From IMG/VR virus record IMGVR_UViG_3300037424_002025, positions 1-30,060 of that record: a DNA stretch of 30,060 nt; one strand, 5' to 3'. Position numbers and translations under genes: made by a program. The stretch comes from a virus (Duplodnaviria; Caudoviricetes). Shown here piece after piece: positions 1 through 8,061 of the stretch; within the stretch, counting starts at the first letter, position 1, and each line of letters opens with the position of its first letter. The notes under the pieces were generated by a model. It was not told the DNA's origin. It did not search any database and saw only the letters and a list, made by a program, of their open reading frames with translations.

Positions 1-179
1 GCTTATGACGCTTTGAAGGTCGGAAATTACTTGGTAGGATACGTGAATTCCCACGCTCACCCCTGGACTCATTCGGAGCCGGGCGAATGCCGGTTTGCGC
101 CGCAACTCGATGGAATAATAAGTCAGGTTCATCGAGAGAACTTGAACGCATCAAATTGCGCGACATTGGCGTTGGGAAA

Positions 180-3100
180 TCATTGGGGCCGGAATCCAGC
201 GACCGCAGGCTTCTCGGTTAGCGCATCCCGGGTCTCACGGTAGAAGAGCGCCTGGCCGCGGGCGTTGCCCATCGCCCAGACGCGCTCGAGGATGGCCAGT
301 TTCACCGGGTCGCGGGCGGTCAGGAACCGGGCATTGATCACGCGCTGGGCCAGGGTTTCGCGCTGCTGACCGACCAGTTCCTCCAGGCGGCTCTTCTGAT
401 GGGCGTCGAGCTGGTAGGTTTTGCCACGGATAATGACTGACGCATCCGGCGGGGTAGGGATGGCGCGCAGATCCCCGGTGCGCCGGGAAAGATTGTAGAT
501 TTCCAGCTTGATCGGATCGTCTGGAATCGTGCGGCTCTTGCCGACATCGAACATCTGGTAAATCCACGGGTTGGCCCCTTCGGGCGTGGCGCGGAGCGGC
601 CGGCCCCAGACGTCGCGCTTGAAGGGCAGCTTATCCTCGGCGGTGGTAAACAGCCCGAAGCGTTGCACGAGCACATTGTGCAGTCGCTTGTCGAGGGCGT
701 CGTCCTTGACCTCGCGGGCGTACTGGCTGACGGCGCGGTTGACGGCTTCGAGCTGGCGCGGGGCTGCCGTGTCGAGTAGCGCGCCAGCATATCCGGCCAG
801 CCAGGTCTCCATCTTGCGATCGCTCTTCATGGCATCGAGCAGATTGCGGGCGCCTTGCATGAAGGTCTGGTTAACCAGGTAACCGCCCGCGCCTTGCGTG
901 GCGTTCCACAGGAAGCTTTCCCACCAGGCGGCCTGGCTCTCCGGAGCGGGCTGTTTCTCCATCTGGCGCAGGCTGGCGGAAACCATCTGAAGCTGGGCCC
1001 CGACCACCGATCCGTAGTAGGTGAAATCCTTGGTATCGTCGCCGGCCCGCCAGGCCGGATCTTCGCCTTTGAACAGGCGCTGCAGGCCGGACACGTTGAG
1101 ATGATTGGGCGGCATCAGGTCGCCGGCCAGCAGGCGCATCTTCTGTTGCTCGTTCTCGGAATCCAGCGGCGGCGAGATGAGCCCCTTGGCGATGAGATAG
1201 GCAGCCGCATACCAGGCCATGCTGCCGATGATGGCTTCACCGGCGGCGAGCTTGGCGGCGCGCCCATCGCCCTTGAGCGCGTGGCGGGCCACGTGCGTGG
1301 CGAAGCCCGCGGGCGACCAGCCGAGGAGTTTGCCCGCCCAGTTGACTGGCAGGCTGACAAAAGGGATGACGTTGCGCAGGAGGAACCGGCCCGGGCCTGG
1401 CAGCAATCGCTCCGCGCCCAGCACCCAGCGGGTGAACAGATTCGGATCCTGAAACACCGCGCCGAGCGCCTCGCGGTTCACCCGATCCAGCACCTCCGGC
1501 TTGAGGAACAATTCCGGCACCATGACCGCCTGGCGCACCAGGGCATTGTTCACGCGCGGCTGTCGACGGAGCAGTTGCAGTTCGCCATCCTCCTCGGGGG
1601 TGCGCTGCGGTTTGCGGGCCAGCTCGGTGGCCCGGCGATCGTTGCGGAGCTGGTCGAGCTTGAGCGCCTCGGCGATGAGCCGGCCGCGGGCCCCTTCACG
1701 GGACGGGATGTCCAGCCCGCCGAGCCCGCGCAACATGCCGGCGGCGAAGTAACCCGGCGGCGAAGCCTCGGCCATCAAGGTGAGCTTTTGGGCGAGCGAC
1801 TTGTCACTCGTCAACGCGCCGGCAATGATTTCGCGCAGGGCCACCAGCGGGCGCAGGTTGATGTGGGTATCCGTTTTGCCGATACCGGTGGCGGCATCGC
1901 CGGAGCGCAACACGCGCAAGGCATCCGGCAACGATTGCAACGCCCGGCCACCAGCGCCGGACAACACCGAGCCCGGGACCAGCGCGACCTCGCGCGGCTT
2001 GTTGCGGACCATGGCATCCAGCATGTCGATGGCGGCGGCGGGCAGGCGGGAGACGGCGCGCCATGGCATCAAGGCGAGGTTGGCCACCACGTTGCGCTCC
2101 TGGGAAATCATGGAGAGCTTGCCGCCCATGCTCATGGCGGTGAGCGTATCCCAGAAGCCGCGCGGAACGATGCGTTGCACGCGCTCGTTGAACATCCGTC
2201 CGCTGGCCTCGGCGGCGGCCTTGGCCTCGGCCACGGCCTTGACGGTGGCGGGCGTGGGATTGGCCGTCCAGGTTTCCTCCGCGCGGCGCCAGCCAGCCAC
2301 GTCGGCAATGGCCCGGCCGCCCAGGACGCGGAGCTGCAGCCGTTGTTCGGGCGTGAGCGGTTTGCCATTCTGCTCGGCGAGCCGGCGATTGACGATTTCC
2401 AACAGTCCATCTGGCGTTGAGTTGCGCAGGAGCTTGAACTGGTTGACAAGCTGGCCGAAGGACGTGCCGGCTTCGGATAACTGCTGGAACAGCGCGTAAC
2501 CCTCCGCGCGGGTGGGCGGGTCGGCCATCAGCCGGCGGGAAAGCTCGAGCTGGCGGGCCACCCAATTTTGCTGGTTGCCCTGCTGGCGCACATCGAGGGG
2601 CTGGCGCAACTCGGTGTTCGTCATCTGCGCCACGGCATCCTCGATGGTCCTGGGGCGTTGCACGGCGTAGAAGCTGGCGGGGTCGGTGGTGAGCCGGGCG
2701 CGGGCCTCGGGCGGGAGCTGCTCGCTGGCTGTGCCGCGGCGGGACACGGAACGCATCCGGCGTCCATCGGCTTCGAGCGTGGCCATGGTACGCGTGGCCT
2801 GCTCGAAGAGCGTGCGCAGGTGCGGGCGCACGGCATCGCCATGCTCGGCAATCATGCGGCGGGACCAATCGGCGAATTTGCGGGCACCGCGTTCGAGGAT
2901 GGCCACGCCCTTGGTGAGGTAGGCGGCCATGCGCTCGGCATCGAGCGGATCAATGGTCAGCCGGGTCTTGGCTCGCGGGTCGGACGCGATGACGCGATCC
3001 GCCCAAGCTTCGGCCGCGGTGCCAGAGACGAGGCCTTGAGCTGGAGTATCAACTTCCGACGGACGCACCCGCTCGGTGGCTACTGGCTCCGGGGCGGGTG

Positions 3101-4271
3101 CTTTCGCCTCCACCGCCGGAGCCGTGGGCTCGCTTCTCGTCGGAGCCGGACGTTCTTCGGGCACATTGCGCAGCAGCAATTCCCGGCCAGTAGCGGGTGG
3201 CTCGATGCGTCCGCCTTCGGGGGCTTCGCGCACGGCTCCGCGTTCAGGCGGCGCGATGATACGGTCCGGGCCGCCTTCCTCGACGACGACCGAGCGGATG
3301 CGCGGTTGCACCTGCACGTCCACCACTTCGCCGGCCTGGTTGAAGATGGGCACGCGATCGAATTGAATCATCTCCGGCGGGCGTTCGGCTTCCGGTGGAC
3401 CGAACGCACGCGCTTCCTGCGGGCGCAGGGTGCCGGGTGCGGCGAGGTTGCGGGCGACGGTGTCCGGGTCCGGCAATTCGCCGCGGGCCGGTTCGCCTTC
3501 CGGGCGGGGCAATCTTTCAACGAGGGCATGGCGGCCGGCCAGCAGGGCCATCAAACCTTCGCCGCCACCCATGGCGGCGGCGCGCCAGGCTTCCTGCGTC
3601 TTGCCTGCGCGGGCCAGGCGCACGGCTTCGGCGAATTGTTCCGGGGCATGCGCGGCCATCTGGGAGGCCCAGCCGGCCAGGACGGGTTTGCTGGTGCCAG
3701 CGGGTAGCATGGCCAGGGCCTCGGGCGTGGAGAAGGACGCGACCAGGTCGGCCACCGCGTTGTAGGTGCCGGCCACGGCCTTGCCGGCGGGCGTCTCCGC
3801 TTCACCGGCACGGGGCAGGTTGATCGCGGGCACCTGCACGGCGCGTTCCGTGGCACCCTGAAGGTCCGGGCGGTTGCGGTTGAGCGTGGCGTCGATCGGC
3901 GCATCCGCCAGGCGGGCGAAGTAACGGATGGGGCTGGCGATGTCGGAACCGATTTGCTCAGCGTAGCCGATGAGCCGTTCCATGCGTTCGCCGCCGGTCT
4001 CCGGGTAGGCCATGGGTGTTTCCCGGGCGGCCTGGCCGAGTATCAGACCTTGCAATCGGTCATCGGGCGAGGCTTGCGGGAGGCGGGACGTGTCGCCTTC
4101 AGCGCCGAGGTTCACGCCGGCGGCGGACATCTGCGCCTGAAGCGGCGTGGCGGTGGCCGGGATGACTTTAAACGGCTGTTCTGGATCGAAGCGAGCGACG
4201 CGTTCGAAGGGCTTGGTCGGATCGAAGCTGGGCGGGACAACTTCGTAAGGCTTGGTTAAATCCAGCGGCAT
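180..4271 (-). CDS. Large internal virion / DNA ejection protein (1363 aa)
   Basis: Largest and last gene after the tail genes; Ala/Arg-rich and helical-looking; N-terminal FDPxKPF repeats; Pro/Glu-rich linker; C-terminal region with Gly/Ala-rich hydrophobic segments and 'KRDVWGRP'. Position and composition match podoviral ejection proteins. No catalytic motif recognised. Confidence 0.6.
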   Translation of the reverse strand: MPLDLTKPYEVVPPSFDPTKPFERVARFDPEQPFKVIPATATPLQAQMSAAGVNLGAEGDTSRLPQASPDDRLQGLILGQAARETPMAYPETGGERMERLIGYAEQIGSDIASPIRYFARLADAPIDATLNRNRPDLQGATERAVQVPAINLPRAGEAETPAGKAVAGTYNAVADLVASFSTPEALAMLPAGTSKPVLAGWASQMAAHAPEQFAEAVRLARAGKTQEAWRAAAMGGGEGLMALLAGRHALVERLPRPEGEPARGELPDPDTVARNLAAPGTLRPQEARAFGPPEAERPPEMIQFDRVPIFNQAGEVVDVQVQPRIRSVVVEEGGPDRIIAPPERGAVREAPEGGRIEPPATGRELLLRNVPEERPAPTRSEPTAPAVEAKAPAPEPVATERVRPSEVDTPAQGLVSGTAAEAWADRVIASDPRAKTRLTIDPLDAERMAAYLTKGVAILERGARKFADWSRRMIAEHGDAVRPHLRTLFEQATRTMATLEADGRRMRSVSRRGTASEQLPPEARARLTTDPASFYAVQRPRTIEDAVAQMTNTELRQPLDVRQQGNQQNWVARQLELSRRLMADPPTRAEGYALFQQLSEAGTSFGQLVNQFKLLRNSTPDGLLEIVNRRLAEQNGKPLTPEQRLQLRVLGGRAIADVAGWRRAEETWTANPTPATVKAVAEAKAAAEASGRMFNERVQRIVPRGFWDTLTAMSMGGKLSMISQERNVVANLALMPWRAVSRLPAAAIDMLDAMVRNKPREVALVPGSVLSGAGGRALQSLPDALRVLRSGDAATGIGKTDTHINLRPLVALREIIAGALTSDKSLAQKLTLMAEASPPGYFAAGMLRGLGGLDIPSREGARGRLIAEALKLDQLRNDRRATELARKPQRTPEEDGELQLLRRQPRVNNALVRQAVMVPELFLKPEVLDRVNREALGAVFQDPNLFTRWVLGAERLLPGPGRFLLRNVIPFVSLPVNWAGKLLGWSPAGFATHVARHALKGDGRAAKLAAGEAIIGSMAWYAAAYLIAKGLISPPLDSENEQQKMRLLAGDLMPPNHLNVSGLQRLFKGEDPAWRAGDDTKDFTYYGSVVGAQLQMVSASLRQMEKQPAPESQAAWWESFLWNATQGAGGYLVNQTFMQGARNLLDAMKSDRKMETWLAGYAGALLDTAAPRQLEAVNRAVSQYAREVKDDALDKRLHNVLVQRFGLFTTAEDKLPFKRDVWGRPLRATPEGANPWIYQMFDVGKSRTIPDDPIKLEIYNLSRRTGDLRAIPTPPDASVIIRGKTYQLDAHQKSRLEELVGQQRETLAQRVINARFLTARDPVKLAILERVWAMGNARGQALFYRETRDALTEKPAVAGFRPQ

Positions 4272-4274
4272 GAT

Positions 4275-5195
4275 TCATCGAACTGCGTTCCAGTCCTTGC
4301 CATCAAACTCGTAGATCACGCCGCCTTGCTGCACGCGATCACCTTTCTTAAACGTCGCTTTTGGTCCTGCTGGAGCCGGAGCCGGTGCCGGTTCGGCCCC
4401 GCTTGGAATCTTGAAGCCAAGTTCCTCGATAGCCGCTCGATGCTTCTTCAGTTGCGAGGGCGTGATGGCGAGTGTGTTTGGATAACCACCCAAGAAATCC
4501 GGTTCACCAATGCCCAAGCGAATCATCGGCTCTTTCTCATCCTTCTCTTTCGTGCTTCGATATGTCGTCGACGGGCGCCCACTTTGGTCGATCGTAATGC
4601 TGCTTGTCTCCATACCAGGAGGGATCGGAGGCGGTGGAAGCATTGGGCGTGAACGGATCAGATCGTCTTCAATGCTGGCCGGCAAAGGAACTTTGAGTTT
4701 TGCCGAACTGCGCAGCAGCGCCATTCCGGCCGGACTCAATCCGCTCTGTTCATTCACTGCCTGGTCGAAGCCTTCTGCGGTGGGTGGATACTGTCCTGGG
4801 CTGGCTTGAGATTCCAGAGCCTCAAGGAGGCTCTGTGGCTTCATCTGCTCGCCGATCATTTGCTTCATCCGCATTGCGTCGATGGCCTGTCCTATATCTT
4901 CGGCTTGGGCTTGGCGCTTGGCTTTATCAAGCCCGGCCTTCATGGCTTCGCCTTGCAGAGTGCCTTGGAGGTCTGGCAGCCCCATCGTAGCGAATTCATC
5001 CTTTCGTTCAGGGTACGCAACCGTGAGCGTCTTGCGCAGCGAGGTGGCGAGCTGGCCCTTGCGTTTCTTTTCCTCGAGGGCTTTGCCGAGCGCATCGCCC
5101 AGGTTCTGCAGGCCGCCGCCGATGCCGGCGCCGAGCGCGGCGCCGCCTTGGTAGACATACTGATCCGCCCGGAATGGCGTTAACATCTGAATCAT
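4275..5195 (-). CDS. Putative internal virion/ejection protein (306 aa)
   Basis: N-terminal 'GAALGAGIGGGLQNLGDALG' followed by coiled coil; short C-terminal 'KKGDRVQQGGVIYEFDGKDW' module; middle gene of a three-gene ejection cluster; AAGGA RBS-like sequence upstream. Confidence 0.55.
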   Translation of the reverse strand: MIQMLTPFRADQYVYQGGAALGAGIGGGLQNLGDALGKALEEKKRKGQLATSLRKTLTVAYPERKDEFATMGLPDLQGTLQGEAMKAGLDKAKRQAQAEDIGQAIDAMRMKQMIGEQMKPQSLLEALESQASPGQYPPTAEGFDQAVNEQSGLSPAGMALLRSSAKLKVPLPASIEDDLIRSRPMLPPPPIPPGMETSSITIDQSGRPSTTYRSTKEKDEKEPMIRLGIGEPDFLGGYPNTLAITPSQLKKHRAAIEELGFKIPSGAEPAPAPAPAGPKATFKKGDRVQQGGVIYEFDGKDWNAVR

Positions 5196-5214
5196 GATTT
5201 TCCTTTTGGCTGTT

Positions 5215-6480
5215 TCACCTCAATACAATCTGGGCCGGGGATAACTCTGTGATCTTCGCTTCCATCCAGGCGCGCAGGCGGCGCTTGGTGTTGGCGCGCG
5301 CGGGATCTTTCAGGCGGTCGGCGAAGCGTTCACCATGGGTGAGATACCAGGCATAGAACCGGTCGGGCGAATGGTCGATGAGCCAGCGGCGGAAGAGCAG
5401 CCATTTCGGGTTGTCCACTCCCAGGACTTCCCGGGCCACCCAGCACAGAGCACCAGCAGCGCCCCCGGCCGCACCGAGCAGCCCGCCGACAATCTGGCCA
5501 ATCATGGCCTTGTTCGCCGCACTGTTGGCAGCGCGCAGGTTGCGCCCTTGGGTTTCGCGCCCAATCCCATAGCTGAGCAGATCGTCCCAGGAGGTGCCCA
5601 CCTTGGGCCCCTCGATGTTCGAACCGACCGGGGCGGGAGATTGTGAGGGTCGTCCGGTGGTTGCCTGAAAGACGTCACCGAAGAGGCCAGCGGCATTGTA
5701 GGCGTTGCCGAGCCGTTCCTGTTTGAGTCCGCGCCGATATTGGTCACCGAAGCCGGCGGTGGTGACTGCTTCCTGGAAGACGTCGGAAGGGCCGAGCCCG
5801 AAGCCTCGGGCGGCTTGGGCCTTGCGGACACTTTCCTGAATCTGGTGCGCTGTCTCCGGATCCAGATCGGTTCCCAGCCGGAGATCGGCTTGCGCCGAAT
5901 CGTAGATTTGCCCAAGCAACGGATTGCTCTCGCGCATCATCCGAATGTATTCGGGGCCGAGTCGTGAATAGTCAGCCAGGTCGCCGCTGCGCTTGGCCGT
6001 GGCGCTGGTCAGTTCATGGGCGAGTTGCTCGTTGGATTGAGCCCGCCATAAACGCCCGTAGTCCGCAGCACTGCGTTGGGCCAGGGCGAGCGTCGGTTCG
6101 TACAATCGGTTAAACGCGCTGAGCACCGCGTTGCCTTGCGCCCACTCGCGGTTTGCCAGCCGTTGCCAATATGGTTTCTTCGGTTTGTCTTCATCACCGC
6201 CGAACAGTCCGCCAAGAATGGGATCGAATCTGGCCACTGATTTGAAGATGTCCCCGGCGCCGCCCCCGCCGCCCCCGGGTGAGAAGTTGAAGAGACCGCC
6301 GAGGGCGTCATTGCTGATGCCACCCATCCCCGGGAAGATGTCGTCGAAGCCGCCGCCCGGAAGGGAGCCGGCAAATGAGAGCGGGTTGCTGCCGCCGCCG
6401 GACATGATGTCCTGGAAGCCCCCGCCGGGCAGGGAACTGGCAAGGGGACCACTGTTGAATAGATCGTTGGTGCTGGGCAT
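5215..6480 (-). CDS. Putative DNA pilot/ejection protein with C-terminal CFI-box-like (CWVAREV) domain (421 aa)
   Basis: Gly-rich N-terminus, 'QAARGFGLGPS' motif, glycine-zipper 'GQIVGGLLGAAGGAAG', then 'CWVAREVLGVDNPKWLLFRRWL...WYLTHGERFA'. Confidence 0.55.
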   Translation of the reverse strand: MPSTNDLFNSGPLASSLPGGGFQDIMSGGGSNPLSFAGSLPGGGFDDIFPGMGGISNDALGGLFNFSPGGGGGGAGDIFKSVARFDPILGGLFGGDEDKPKKPYWQRLANREWAQGNAVLSAFNRLYEPTLALAQRSAADYGRLWRAQSNEQLAHELTSATAKRSGDLADYSRLGPEYIRMMRESNPLLGQIYDSAQADLRLGTDLDPETAHQIQESVRKAQAARGFGLGPSDVFQEAVTTAGFGDQYRRGLKQERLGNAYNAAGLFGDVFQATTGRPSQSPAPVGSNIEGPKVGTSWDDLLSYGIGRETQGRNLRAANSAANKAMIGQIVGGLLGAAGGAAGALCWVAREVLGVDNPKWLLFRRWLIDHSPDRFYAWYLTHGERFADRLKDPARANTKRRLRAWMEAKITELSPAQIVLR

Positions 6481-6483
6481 AGG

Positions 6484-8058
6484 TCAGAACGTATAACCGG
6501 AGATGGAGAGACTCACTGTCAACGTCGTCAGCCGGGATTTCCATTCGATGTTGCGTGCGGTGCCACCGCGGACGGGCGCACTGAACGAGGCGACCGCGCC
6601 CCATGAATTGACTGGCCCCGGATCGGTGACCGAAGCAAAGGCAGCCACGGCGGCCAAATTGAGCAGTTGAGCGCCGAGATGCCAGCTTACATCCAAGCCG
6701 CCGGCGGCATTGGTCCCGCAGATCATGAGTGACGCGGTGTCAGTGGCGTTGTCAGACCCGGCGAATCCGCTGCAGTCGCAGGCATCCGGAGGCACGGCGG
6801 CCCGAAACGCCGTCAAGTCTGCCCCGGCCAGGATTTCCCAGGCGTTGGCGCCGGTGGCGGCTTTGGCGTTCAACACGACTTGCTCGACTGTCCAGACTTG
6901 GCGATCGAACTGGCGGAAGGGCACGATCTCACCGGAGCCGGTGGCGTTGAGGCGGACGTGGCCGATGAGCCCACGATAGATATAACCGTCAAATGCGGCG
7001 TTGCTCAGGTCCGGACCGCCAGGCACCGCGCCATCACCGGTGCCAGCGGTCTCGAGGACGCCGCGCACGTTGGTGCCGTCACTGATGAGCCAGAGGTAAT
7101 ACCAGGTGCTGGTGGTGCGCGTGGCGCCGGTTTCCAGACCGTTCAGGCCAACTCCCGCATTGACGTCCACGGTGAGGCTCACCGCCGTATGCAGAATGGA
7201 TTGGCCGTCCGTGGTCTTCAACACGACCTCATCGGCGCTCACAATGATTGTCGTGAGGTTCGGGTTGTAGAGTTCCAATTTGCGGGTAGCCGCGGCCACC
7301 GCCACATCGGCCCGTCGCCCGAGCAGGATGAATTGCGTGCCGTCGTCGTAGATCAGGTAAGTCTGGCCAGCCACCCAATCCTGGGAGAGTAGGGCGGAAC
7401 CATCCTGGCGCTTGACGTCGCGGGTACCGAGGGCGTCGCAGTTGAGAGTGAGCGCGCCTGTGTTGGTGAGCGAGGCGCCCGCCTTCACGAGCAACAGCAG
7501 GCCGGCGGCGTAGGCGGTGAGCGGCGGGGTGTTCACGACCGCCTGGGCATTGGCGGTGCCGGTGGTGACGTTCGTCGCGGGGCGGATGACCGCGCTGGGC
7601 AGCACTTCTAAAATATCAAATCCACCGGCACCCGCGTTCCGAGAGGTGTTGTAGCGGAACCGCACGATGTCATTGGCCACCAGATCCCCGGCCTTGGGAG
7701 CGAGGCCGGAGCGATGATAAATATTCTTCGCGCCGAGCCCGTTCACATCGAGCGTGGCGGTGGCGGCGTCGGTATTCGAATTGCCGACCTTGCCAAGCAA
7801 CTCGACGCCGTTGGCGTAGGCGGTGAGCGCGGGGCTCAAGGTTACGCTATAGGCGTTCGTACCGGTGAGCGCGCCGTAGAAGTAGGCGCCGGGGCTGGTG
7901 GCTGCGGGTGTCACCGCGCCGGCGCCGATGTCTGCGGCGGCAATGCTGCCGCTGAGGCTGACGCTCGGGGATAGCGCGAGCAGGCGCAGGAGATTATTGG
8001 TGATCGCCTGGTTGGCGACGATCCGGACAGTGGCGGTTTGGGTAAGTGAAAGAGGCAT
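6484..8058 (-). CDS. Tail fibre protein (524 aa), no signal peptide
   Basis: Two tandem copies of a phage fibre module (GTNAYSVTLSPALTAYANG...TLDVNGLGAKNI and GTANAQAVVNTPPLTAYAAG...TLNCDALGTRDV), then 'GLNGLETG...STWYYLWLISDG...GYIYRGLIGHVR', typical of phage fibre proteins; lies directly after the nozzle gene. Confidence 0.7.
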   Translation of the reverse strand: MPLSLTQTATVRIVANQAITNNLLRLLALSPSVSLSGSIAAADIGAGAVTPAATSPGAYFYGALTGTNAYSVTLSPALTAYANGVELLGKVGNSNTDAATATLDVNGLGAKNIYHRSGLAPKAGDLVANDIVRFRYNTSRNAGAGGFDILEVLPSAVIRPATNVTTGTANAQAVVNTPPLTAYAAGLLLLVKAGASLTNTGALTLNCDALGTRDVKRQDGSALLSQDWVAGQTYLIYDDGTQFILLGRRADVAVAAATRKLELYNPNLTTIIVSADEVVLKTTDGQSILHTAVSLTVDVNAGVGLNGLETGATRTTSTWYYLWLISDGTNVRGVLETAGTGDGAVPGGPDLSNAAFDGYIYRGLIGHVRLNATGSGEIVPFRQFDRQVWTVEQVVLNAKAATGANAWEILAGADLTAFRAAVPPDACDCSGFAGSDNATDTASLMICGTNAAGGLDVSWHLGAQLLNLAAVAAFASVTDPGPVNSWGAVASFSAPVRGGTARNIEWKSRLTTLTVSLSISGYTF

Positions 8059-8061
8059 GCG

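Noticed and set aside
1-243. Open frame at the left edge (plus 1-243; the antisense frame is also open)
   Set aside because: Truncated by the window, AT-richer, no motif; the coding strand cannot be decided.
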